Shown: one piece after another, positions 55,501 through 64,000 of the stretch
How positions within the stretch are numbered: position 1 is the first letter of the stretch
Layout of the letters: every line of letters starts with the position of its first letter
Source: Clostridia bacterium
GTDB lineage: Bacteria; Bacillota; Clostridia; Christensenellales; QALW01
Length of the DNA: 64,000 nucleotides
NCBI GenBank assembly: GCA_045601365.1
Contig: JAZRZN010000096.1
Coordinates: 9,809-73,808, forward strand
Reading direction: 5' to 3'
Program-made: the position numbers and the translations under genes
The notes under the pieces: generated by a model
What the model saw: the letters and a program-made list of their open reading frames with translations, nothing else
Database searches by the model: none
Told to the model about the DNA's origin: nothing

Positions 55501-56346
55501 TTAATCCTTCATACCTGACGTAGCCATCGTTTCGATAATGTTGCTCTGAGAAATGATGAACATCACTATCGGCACAAACATCAGTATTACCGTTACGGCA
55601 TTCGCTACGCCCTGACGCGCTATACCGGTCGAAACTATCTGGTTGAGCGCGTAAGGCAATGTCTTTAATTGCTCACTTTGAATGAATACCGAAGCACCGA
55701 GGTTCCAGAGGTTCTGCACCGAGAATATCATAAGTGTCAGCCATGCTGATTTTACCTGCGGAAGCACTATCGACCAGAATATTTTGAAGCTTCCCGCGCC
55801 GTCGATACGCGCGGCTTCTATAAGCGACTTCGGTATCTGGCTCATGAACTGCTGCATGAGGTACATACCCATCGAAGCACCGAACGTCGGGATGATTATC
55901 GCCCAATAGGTATCTATCATGCCGAGACGTGCCTTTATCATGAACAACGGGATCCAAAGCACCGTACCGTTGAACATAAGAGAAGTAACGATCATGCCGG
56001 AGATGAACTTTCTGCCCGGAAAGTTATAGAGCGAAAGCGGATATGCGCACATCGAGCAGAAAACTATCTGTCCGAATGTACCGACCGAGGTAATCAACAG
56101 TGTGTTGAAGAAATATCTCGTAAACGGTACCCATGAATTACCCATCAGCACGAACAGGTCCGTATAGTTGTTGGTGACCCAACGGTTTGGCAGAAGCGTC
56201 GGAGGGAATTTGAAAAGCTCATCCATAGGTTTGAAGGAGTTTCCGACCGCATACACCATGGGCAGTACCATCAGGCATGCAACTATGCACAGGAATGCGA
56301 TTCCGACAAAATTACCCGCGCCGGAGCGGTTGAGTTTTTTTGCCAT
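55501..56346 (-). CDS. Carbohydrate ABC transporter permease (first pair, MalG-like)
   Basis: 281 aa. EAA loop EAARIDGAGSFKIFWSIVLP. Confidence 0.88.
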   Translation of the reverse strand: MAKKLNRSGAGNFVGIAFLCIVACLMVLPMVYAVGNSFKPMDELFKFPPTLLPNRWVTNNYTDLFVLMGNSWVPFTRYFFNTLLITSVGTFGQIVFCSMCAYPLSLYNFPGRKFISGMIVTSLMFNGTVLWIPLFMIKARLGMIDTYWAIIIPTFGASMGMYLMQQFMSQIPKSLIEAARIDGAGSFKIFWSIVLPQVKSAWLTLMIFSVQNLWNLGASVFIQSEQLKTLPYALNQIVSTGIARQGVANAVTVILMFVPIVMFIISQSNIIETMATSGMKD

Positions 56347-56348
56347 GC

Positions 56349-57296
56349 TTACTCACCCACCTTCGAAAGTAATTTTTTGATTATCTTATTGGTAACGATC
56401 ATCATAAGGAACAGCAGTACCGCGATCGCGCAGGCATAACCAAGCTCCATTCGGTTATTGGCGTAGTCCTCCATGTGGTGGATAAGCGTATTGGCAACGT
56501 AGTCCTGCGACGGGAAGCCGACGAGGTTCGTTATCTGTGCGCCTACCGAGAATGCACCGGTGATGCTCATTACAGCACCGAACATAAGCTGAGGCTTCAT
56601 ATAAGGAAGTGTTATGAACCACAGCTCCTGCCATCTGTTCTTTACGCCGTCTATCGCGCCCGCCTCATAAAGAGTGCGGTCAACGTTCTGCAAGCCGGCG
56701 ATGAATGTAAGGAAGCTCGTGCCCAAGCTCGACCACAATATAACTATCAGACAGCATGGGACGATGTAATTGACATCTTCAAGCCATTTGATGTTGGTGA
56801 GCGTGATGCCGGTATTCATAAGGAAACCGTTAAGCAAGCCGTACTGGTCCGATGAAAAGATTATCTTCCATACGGGGTAAACACTTGCAAGGCTGGGCGC
56901 GTAATAGAACAGTGTCATTACGGCTCTCGTTCTTCTGCCAAGCTCATTTATGAGCCAGGCGAAGAACAGTGACATGAGATATCCGCCGGGACCTATGATG
57001 ACCGCGAAGAATATCGTGTTCTTGAACGATGTCATGAACAGGTCATCGGCAGTGAAAAGTCTTATATAGTTTTCCCATCCGGTGAATACCGGGGGCTCAA
57101 GCACGTTGAAGTATGTGAAGCTGAAGTAAATGGCAACGAATACCGGAAGCACCGTAAATACTATAAATACCAACAAATACGGAAGCATAAAGAGGTAAAG
57201 GCTGCCGCTCTTGCGCATCTCACGGAATTGGTAGTGAAGCCAATCCGCGAAAAATGACTTCTTTTTAGGCTGAGCGAGTTCTTGTTCGTTAGTCAT
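56349..57296 (-). CDS. Carbohydrate ABC transporter permease (first pair, MalF-like)
   Basis: 315 aa. EAA loop YEAGAIDGVKNRWQELWFITLP. Confidence 0.88.
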   Translation of the reverse strand: MTNEQELAQPKKKSFFADWLHYQFREMRKSGSLYLFMLPYLLVFIVFTVLPVFVAIYFSFTYFNVLEPPVFTGWENYIRLFTADDLFMTSFKNTIFFAVIIGPGGYLMSLFFAWLINELGRRTRAVMTLFYYAPSLASVYPVWKIIFSSDQYGLLNGFLMNTGITLTNIKWLEDVNYIVPCCLIVILWSSLGTSFLTFIAGLQNVDRTLYEAGAIDGVKNRWQELWFITLPYMKPQLMFGAVMSITGAFSVGAQITNLVGFPSQDYVANTLIHHMEDYANNRMELGYACAIAVLLFLMMIVTNKIIKKLLSKVGE

Positions 57297-60200
57297 TATC
57301 CTTTACTTCCTTTCGGTTTAGTCATTTCGACGATCTTGTCGGCAAATTCTTCACGCTTACGCGCTATTTCCTGGTTGATCTTGCTGACGTACTCAACGAA
57401 TGTCGTATTCGGGTCGGTATCATTGTTGATAACTTCCTTCCATGCGAACTCGATGTTACGCGCTGTATAGTAACCGCCGGGAACCTGAGGTACTGCCTTG
57501 GCATGCTCCCACTGGAGCTGTATCATGCTCATGGATTTCTTATCCCACGGCAATCTTGCCATAGCCTTCAGGTTTGCGGTCTGATAACGTGCCGCCGCGC
57601 CGAGCAAGCTTTCGATCTCGGTACCGAAGCGGTACTGCGCGTCATCGCCGGTCCACCATTTCATGAATTCCCATGCACGCTTTGCTCTGTTCATACCTTT
57701 TTCGGTAGTGGTATCTATCGAAAGCATTACGCAACCGCTCGTAGAGCTTGCGCAGGAGTGATCCACAACAAGCTCGCCGTTTTCATCATAGAGCTTATTG
57801 CCGTTCTCGTCATACTGTACCGTGCCGGGAACAAGAGAGAATTCCCAAAGTCCCTGTATTTCGGGAGCAAATACGGCAAGCTGTGAATACTGACTGTAGC
57901 TTGCGATACCTACCGGAACCTCACCAGTTCTGAAACGGTTGGAGAAATCGTAGGTATTCGGAAGATCGTAAAGTGTGTAGAACTGAGTCCATTCCTTGAA
58001 GGCGTCAAGCGCCGGATCGGAAGTCAGGTCAGTCGTCACACGGTCATCCGTGTAATACTTTCCGCCCTTCTGATAAAGAAGCATTGCATAGGAAAGGTTA
58101 CCGCTTCCTACCGCACCTACTACGGGAACGGGCATTGCGAACGTCATCTGTTTGTTCTGCAATTCGCCGATGATGAAGTAAACATCTTCCCATGTCTGCG
58201 GAGGCTCAAGTCCCATTTCGTCAAGGATATCGGTACGGTAGAATATCATGTAGAAATCCTGCGTTTCGGGCACGGCATAAATTCCGTTACCGAATGTGAA
58301 GGGGTCTACCGCACTTGAAGCAAATCTTTCGGTATTGCAAAGAATATCCGCGTAATCGGGGAACAGCTCTTCGTCAGCCAGATTCATTACCGCGCCGCGG
58401 AATGCATAGTTGACCGCCGCCTCAGCATTACGTGAAAGACATATCTCGGGACCTATTCCCGAAAGCACCGAGGGAAGAAGCGAGCCGCCCGCAACAAGTC
58501 GCGTGCTGACCATTATTCCCGATTCGGTCGTAAACATATCGTCGATAAGCTGTTTAAGTATGGTAGCGTTATCGCGCGAGCCGGTAAGACCTGCGCCGGT
58601 CTCAAGCCATACTATAACGGGATCCTGACCGTCGGTCGAAACGGTGCCGCCGATGTTGTCGTAGTCCTCTGTGAATGATGCTATGAACGAGCGTATCTCG
58701 TGGAACATCTTCGCAAAGAATCCGGCATCGGCATTCGGTATCTGCTTGGCGTTGATGGCTTCTTCGGTCGTAACCGCCAAGTAATCGATCTCAAGCGGGT
58801 TCTCACTCATGTCGTTTATCCATGTACCCATCGCGGCGATGGCATCCTTGAAGTTTCCGAACAGAGTGTTTATCTTTGTATAGTCGCCGTCTATCTGCTT
58901 AAGGATAAGTATCATGTTCTTGATGCTTGAAAGCTGTGCGCTTGCGCTCTTGCCGAATACTTCGACAAATTCAGCCTCAAGGTCAAGAAGATGACCGTAT
59001 TCAACATGTATTATGCTGAGTGCATCCGGCACCATGGTGTTGAGCATGTAGTCGGCGTTCGCGTCGGGTGTTGAGCCCGTTATCATAAGTATACGTCTGT
59101 ACGCAACGTTAAGCTGAGTAAGTATGCTCTGAGCTTCCGCAAGCATATCACCGAGGTCGCCGAGCGTCGTCTCAAGACGTATCTTGTTCTTGCCTTCGTT
59201 AAAGTAGAAGTAATATGTGCCGTTCTCCTCATCACCGAGAAGGTAGTTGGAGAATGAGTTATCATATTGGAATTGCAGGTTACCGGCTTCAAGACATGGC
59301 TGTACACCGTTTATCGTAAGCTTACGGGTAGTGTACATACCGTTAAGAGTGTTCTGGCGTGCCTTGAAGTTGATGGCATAAAGACCCGCTTTTTCTACCT
59401 CTACCGCCCACTCTACCCACTCGTTGGGGCTCTGCCACTTATCCGCACCGATAGTATTGTATCTTATCTTGCTGTGATGGTACGGTGCCGTAACGGGAGA
59501 CGATCTGTCTGTTATCGCATAAAGCGTCGGCGATGACTTGAGGATATCATATGTAACATCCTTCGTTGCATCGTATGCGGTAGTATCAACAGGGTCGATA
59601 TAATTATTATACTTATTGATTATATCCGTGTTAAGGAATGTATCCGCCTGCTTGCCGGTATACGTTGACGGATCGTGCAGACCTTCAGCCTGAATGAATA
59701 CCGTCTTGACGCCCTGTGCCTTTGTATATCCCGCGGCGGCATATTCCTTTGCAAGCTCGGCATAAGACGGTGCCGCTTCTATCTGATGGATCTTTGCAAA
59801 CTCAACGACCATGCCTTCCTTTACGGCTTCGAAGGCAAGGACATGCGTGCCTGCTTCAAAATAGAATTTGAAGGGTTCAAGCTCGTAGCCCATATAGTCG
59901 CGGACGGATACCTCCTGCCACTGACCTGTCTCCTGCTGATAGGGACGCTTTTCGTTCAGTGTCTGAGAATCTACCGTCAGAAGTCCGGAATCCTTCCATA
60001 CTCTTTCAAAGTTTACCTGTCTGGCCTCATAGAAAGGTACTTTGCCGTCGATGTAGACTTTTCTCTGCACTGCGGAGCTTTTACTTTCGGTGGTGTACTG
60101 CACACCGTCTTTTTCGTAAGTAAGCTCATCGTAGGCGAAATACGAAAGAGTAATGTTATATAAGCCGGATGTTTTTACATCAAACTTCCAGCCGCATATT

Positions 60201-60592
60201 CCTTCGTCATAGAACAGTGCGCCCTCACGGAGATCTTCGGGTGTGTTGTCTGCGGCGACCTTGACGATCGGAAGTGTTCCCTTGTTTTCTCCCGTCTCGC
60301 CGTCAAATTCAACAGCTTCCTTTCCGCTTAATACGATCTGTTCTTCCGGCAAAGCCGCGTCCTTATATTTACCGCGATATACCGCATAGTCATCATTGGT
60401 ATCGACTTTACCGTTGAATGCTGCGGTATCGGTAATATCAGCCGCTTCTTCGCCTTTTTGATCTTCTGTTGCGTTTATCTGCTGTTCTCCCGATGTGTCA
60501 TCCGGTGCAGCGAACGATACGCATGCAAGCACCGATAGCACCATTGAAGCTACGAGAACAAAGATAAGCGCTTTGTTAAGCAAAGACTTCAT
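57296..60592 (-). CDS. Giant extracellular solute-binding protein (1098 aa) with a ~655-aa N-terminal extension
   Basis: Signal peptide with a possible lipobox (VLACVS). The last ~440 aa look like a family-1 sugar SBP (PVIVWLETGAG...QTWEDVYFI...FMKWWTGDDAQ). The first ~655 aa lie outside the SBP fold. It is the first gene of the importer operon. Confidence 0.8.
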   Translation of the reverse strand: MKSLLNKALIFVLVASMVLSVLACVSFAAPDDTSGEQQINATEDQKGEEAADITDTAAFNGKVDTNDDYAVYRGKYKDAALPEEQIVLSGKEAVEFDGETGENKGTLPIVKVAADNTPEDLREGALFYDEGICGWKFDVKTSGLYNITLSYFAYDELTYEKDGVQYTTESKSSAVQRKVYIDGKVPFYEARQVNFERVWKDSGLLTVDSQTLNEKRPYQQETGQWQEVSVRDYMGYELEPFKFYFEAGTHVLAFEAVKEGMVVEFAKIHQIEAAPSYAELAKEYAAAGYTKAQGVKTVFIQAEGLHDPSTYTGKQADTFLNTDIINKYNNYIDPVDTTAYDATKDVTYDILKSSPTLYAITDRSSPVTAPYHHSKIRYNTIGADKWQSPNEWVEWAVEVEKAGLYAINFKARQNTLNGMYTTRKLTINGVQPCLEAGNLQFQYDNSFSNYLLGDEENGTYYFYFNEGKNKIRLETTLGDLGDMLAEAQSILTQLNVAYRRILMITGSTPDANADYMLNTMVPDALSIIHVEYGHLLDLEAEFVEVFGKSASAQLSSIKNMILILKQIDGDYTKINTLFGNFKDAIAAMGTWINDMSENPLEIDYLAVTTEEAINAKQIPNADAGFFAKMFHEIRSFIASFTEDYDNIGGTVSTDGQDPVIVWLETGAGLTGSRDNATILKQLIDDMFTTESGIMVSTRLVAGGSLLPSVLSGIGPEICLSRNAEAAVNYAFRGAVMNLADEELFPDYADILCNTERFASSAVDPFTFGNGIYAVPETQDFYMIFYRTDILDEMGLEPPQTWEDVYFIIGELQNKQMTFAMPVPVVGAVGSGNLSYAMLLYQKGGKYYTDDRVTTDLTSDPALDAFKEWTQFYTLYDLPNTYDFSNRFRTGEVPVGIASYSQYSQLAVFAPEIQGLWEFSLVPGTVQYDENGNKLYDENGELVVDHSCASSTSGCVMLSIDTTTEKGMNRAKRAWEFMKWWTGDDAQYRFGTEIESLLGAAARYQTANLKAMARLPWDKKSMSMIQLQWEHAKAVPQVPGGYYTARNIEFAWKEVINNDTDPNTTFVEYVSKINQEIARKREEFADKIVEMTKPKGSKG

Positions 60593-60924
60593 GTTTTTCC
60601 TCCTGAAAAATTTTGCTTTCCGCTACGGTGACTTTCCCGTCTGCCGCGGCGGAAAAGGGTACACTTTTGCAGAGTGATACATAATATCTACTGTATGATA
60701 CCACCAAGAAACGAAAAAGTCAATATCCAACATTAAATTTTTTGTTATAATGTCGAAGCCGGTTGCGCGCGTTTTATGCCGAATTTACGGGCAATTTATT
60801 TTTTCTTCGCCATCAGTTAAAAAATAATTTACATTTATCTTTCATCTCAAGTACCGCTTTATCGGCGCAGATTTTCCTTTTATTATTTTTACTGCGATTC
60901 GCGTTGTTTTTTTCATTTTAGGTA

Positions 60925-60953
60925 TTGACATATCCGTCGGATTAGAGTATAGT
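60925..60953 (+). promoter_or_regulatory. Sigma-A-type promoter of the ABC exporter pair
   Basis: Consensus TTGACA (60925-60930), 17-nt spacer, TATAGT (60948-60953). About 50 nt upstream of ATG 61003. Confidence 0.6.
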
Positions 60954-61002
60954 TATCAGTGACAATTCAGGAACTTTTTCCGGCGTATGTGAGGTGTTTA
61001 TC

Positions 61003-62796
61003 ATGAAAACACTAAAACAACTGTTCCATTATTTCACACCTTATTTGGGTATCATGGTACTGTACTTGTTTATGGGTGCTTTGATAGTGTCGTTGGCTAT
61101 GCTTTTGCCAATGATAACAAAGTACATCATATCGTCAGTTATCGGTGATGCTCCTTTTTCGATTTTGGGAATAAGCATAACCGATAAGGGGCAACTTTTC
61201 CTGTGGCTCGCTCTGGCATGGATAACGATAATCGTTGTCCGTCAGGGGCTTGCATACCTGCGTTCGTATCTCATGACGAACAGCTCGATAAAGGCAGTAT
61301 GCAAAATGCGCGAAGATGTTTTTCAAAAAATGCTGTGGCAGTCCAAGACATTCATGCGCAACGAGAACACCGGCAACATTCTCACTGTCATCAACGGCGA
61401 TACCGAAATGATAAAGACTTTCATCACCGGCACGATCCCGGCTATCATCGAAGCGCTGTTCGGCTTCATCTTCGCCAGCATAATGATAGGCAGAATGAGC
61501 TATATAATGGTTATAACCGCATATATCTTTACCGTGCCGCTGTTCATATTCTCGCGCAAGTTCAGCAAAGTGTTTTATAAGTGGTATCATTTCGTGCGTG
61601 AATCAAGCGCCGAGTTGAGTACCGTTACACAGGAAAACCTCAACGGTATAAGGATAGTAAAGGCGTATGCGCAGGAGGAGCAGGAAAAAGTCAAATTCGA
61701 GAAGAAGAACGATCTTTTCCGCTATCACGCAATAAATTATATGGTAATATGGGGTAAAAATTTCATTCCCTTCGGCGTAATAAGCTATCTGCCCAACATC
61801 GTGCTGACCGCCGTCGCCGCCATGCTCGTCATCAACGGCAAAAACGGCTTCATGGGTATTTCGCAGACGATGCAGCTTGCGGAATTTGTTGCCATAGGCG
61901 GATATGTCGGCTATATCCTCGTTCCGTTCCAGAATGCCAATAACTGGCTCAATCAGGCACAGCAGGCAGTGACAAGTGCCGAAAAGGTCTGCAACTTCAT
62001 CAATTCCGGCTCGCTTATCGCATCAAAGCCCAACGCAAAAAAGCCCGACGTTTCATCGGTTGACATCAAGCTTGAAAACGTAAGCTTTTCGGTAAACAAA
62101 AAGGTTATATTAAAAGATGTCAATATTGATCTTCCGCAGGGCAAATCGCTCGGTATAATGGGCACGACCGGAAGCGGAAAGACTGTTATAACCACGATGA
62201 TGGCTCGCTTTTTCGATCCTACAAGCGGCAAGGTAACTGTAAACGGCATTGATGTGCGTGATATTGATCTGAACACACTGCGTTCATGCTTCGCGCCTGT
62301 TTTGCAGGATGTGTTCCTGTTCTCCGATACGATAGCCAAAAACATCGCATTCGGAAAGCCCGACGCAACTTTTGAAGATGTGCGCAGATGTGCAGAGATC
62401 GCTCAGGCACATGATTTCATCACCGAAACGCCCGATGAATACAACACTATCGTAGGCGAACGAGGAATGGGGCTTTCCGGCGGACAAAAGCAACGTATCT
62501 CTATCGCAAGAGCATTGCTCTATGACGCACCCGTGCTTGTTTTTGACGATGCCACAAGTGCGCTTGACATGGAGACCGAGCAAAAGCTTTATGCGGCGCT
62601 CCGTTCCGACGGGAGCAACAGAAGCCACATAATAGTTGCACACAGGATATCCTCGCTCAAGGATTGCGATGAGATCATCGTTATGGATCACGGCAGTATC
62701 GTTGAGCGCGGAACGCATGATGAGCTTGTCGCGCTCGGCGGGCTTTACTACGACATTTACAAGGAACAGTACGGCACTGTTCTTGATGCGATGTAA
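61003..62796 (+). CDS. ABC exporter, fused permease/ATP-binding subunit (heterodimer partner 1)
   Basis: Six-TM N-terminal half. Walker A GTTGSGKT, signature LSGGQKQR, Walker B VLVFDDATSALD. Start ATG 61003 with a GAGGTG RBS. Confidence 0.92.
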   Translation: MKTLKQLFHYFTPYLGIMVLYLFMGALIVSLAMLLPMITKYIISSVIGDAPFSILGISITDKGQLFLWLALAWITIIVVRQGLAYLRSYLMTNSSIKAVCKMREDVFQKMLWQSKTFMRNENTGNILTVINGDTEMIKTFITGTIPAIIEALFGFIFASIMIGRMSYIMVITAYIFTVPLFIFSRKFSKVFYKWYHFVRESSAELSTVTQENLNGIRIVKAYAQEEQEKVKFEKKNDLFRYHAINYMVIWGKNFIPFGVISYLPNIVLTAVAAMLVINGKNGFMGISQTMQLAEFVAIGGYVGYILVPFQNANNWLNQAQQAVTSAEKVCNFINSGSLIASKPNAKKPDVSSVDIKLENVSFSVNKKVILKDVNIDLPQGKSLGIMGTTGSGKTVITTMMARFFDPTSGKVTVNGIDVRDIDLNTLRSCFAPVLQDVFLFSDTIAKNIAFGKPDATFEDVRRCAEIAQAHDFITETPDEYNTIVGERGMGLSGGQKQRISIARALLYDAPVLVFDDATSALDMETEQKLYAALRSDGSNRSHIIVAHRISSLKDCDEIIVMDHGSIVERGTHDELVALGGLYYDIYKEQYGTVLDAM

Positions 62797-62808
62797 GGAG
62801 GCGGTATT

Positions 62809-64000
62809 ATGGCACGCAACAGATATCTTGACGACGAAGAAGACAAGGCAAGGCTCAACACCTCCATTTTGAAGCGGCTGTTCCGCTACACCCTACCGTA
62901 CAAAAAAATGTTCATCATCGGACTTATCCTGCTCGTGATAGAGGTGCTTATATCGCTTTTGTGGCCCCGGCTCGTGCAGTGGCTCATCGACGATGTGCTT
63001 AATACGGGTTCAAGGTACGAAAACAATGTCGGCATCATGCTTGCGGGCATAGGTGCAGTGACCGCCGCGCTGATGTTCGATGTATTCATCACATCCAAGC
63101 GCGTGGTATACATAACACGGCTCGGTCACGATACGATACACGATATTCGGAAAGAGCTTTTTGACCACATACAGACATTGACATTCAAGTATTTTGATGA
63201 CCGCCCGGCGGGTAAGATACTTGTCCGTGTAACATCTTATGTCGATTCGCTTGCCAATCTGCTTTCAAGCCAGATATTACAGCTCATAGTCGATGCGTTT
63301 ACTATTTTCTGCATAACCGTGATAATTTTCGTCATGAATTGGCGTTTGGCACTTATAAGTCTTGCCGTCCTCGTTCCTCTTGTGTTGTTTACAAATTACA
63401 TAAGAAAGGTCATTGCGCATCACTCGCGTCTGGTGCGCAACAAAACGAGCAACCGTACCGCGTATATACACGAAAACATAATGGGCTTGTTCATCACGCA
63501 GTCATTCAACCGTGAGGACTACAACCACCGTGAGCTTGAACGCCTTGATAATGAAGTAAATGACCGCTATATCCCCTTCCATCTTGTAAGCTCTACAATG
63601 GGGCCCGTTGTTGAAATTCTTTCGACCGTTGCGCAGATACTTGTCTATTTCTTTGCGATACGCTTCATCGCCAACGGTGAAATGACGCTCGGTGCATTGA
63701 CCGCATTCGCCTCATATATGACGCGTTTCTGGCAGCCGATATCATCGTTCACCACAATATTCAACCAGTTCTGCGAAGCGACGGGAAATATCGAAAAGAT
63801 ATTTGAGACCATCGACGAAACGCCCGATATAACCGATTCCGAAAACGCATATGAGCTTCCCGAGGTCAAAGGGCGTGTGGAATACAAAAATGTTACCTTC
63901 GCTTACGATAAGGACAATATAGTGCTTGACAACGTTTCGTTTACCGTTGAGCCGGGACAGATGATAGCTTTTGTCGGTCCTACCGGCGCGGGCAAAACTA
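62809..64000 (+). CDS. ABC exporter, fused permease/ATP-binding subunit (partner 2), truncated by the window end
   Basis: Hand-read from ATG 62809, 12 nt after the upstream stop, with an AAGGAGG RBS. Begins MARNRYLDDEEDKARLN...LPYKKMFIIGLILLV. The frame is open to 64000 and ends inside Walker A (GPTGAGKT). It is absent from the ORF track because it has no stop in the window. Confidence 0.85.
   Translation, partial: MARNRYLDDEEDKARLNTSILKRLFRYTLPYKKMFIIGLILLVIEVLISLLWPRLVQWLIDDVLNTGSRYENNVGIMLAGIGAVTAALMFDVFITSKRVVYITRLGHDTIHDIRKELFDHIQTLTFKYFDDRPAGKILVRVTSYVDSLANLLSSQILQLIVDAFTIFCITVIIFVMNWRLALISLAVLVPLVLFTNYIRKVIAHHSRLVRNKTSNRTAYIHENIMGLFITQSFNREDYNHRELERLDNEVNDRYIPFHLVSSTMGPVVEILSTVAQILVYFFAIRFIANGEMTLGALTAFASYMTRFWQPISSFTTIFNQFCEATGNIEKIFETIDETPDITDSENAYELPEVKGRVEYKNVTFAYDKDNIVLDNVSFTVEPGQMIAFVGPTGAGKT

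Overview
This looks like a moderate-GC chromosome segment from a spore-forming member of the Clostridia. SpoIIID is present, and the dockerin modules and gene content suggest an Oscillospiraceae/Ruminococcus-like organism, but that is inference only. I count about 50 protein-coding genes, all but four on the minus strand. I saw no rRNA, tRNA, CRISPR array, transposase, integrase or reverse transcriptase.

Housekeeping blocks:
- pepF-glmM-spoIIID
- a Gfo/Idh/MocA oxidoreductase
- a CD1247-like Cys-Asp-repeat protein with efp and an M24 peptidase
- one long translationally coupled operon: tsaE-tsaB-rimI-hydrolase-murF(like)-ddl-lipoprotein-lrp-aminotransferase-trmL
- ppdK
- ygiQ-GH28-era-yqzL-recO
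- a heterodimeric ABC exporter pair that runs off the 3' end of the window

Accessory regions:
1. 4.0-7.2 kb: a frameshifted GLUG-repeat/dockerin surface-protein gene.
2. 19-40 kb: a glycan-type locus. It holds four paralogous DUF5060/DUF4038 (GH140-like) enzymes: two apparently cytoplasmic, one lipoprotein, and one fused into a 1769-aa modular surface protein. They sit among secreted proteins carrying 13 copies of an uncharacterised ~150-165 aa module. The locus also has a stand-alone dockerin, a TIM-barrel sugar isomerase, an AraC regulator and an unannotated 55-codon ORF.
3. 48.4-60.6 kb: an atypical ABC importer locus. It has a 1098-aa binding protein, two permease pairs, no ATPase, and three envelope proteins (an NHL-repeat protein, a Yip1-like protein and a 904-aa lipoprotein).

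Regions 2 and 3 are the best candidates for a poorly described system. All family assignments come from motifs read by eye and need HMM or structure confirmation.
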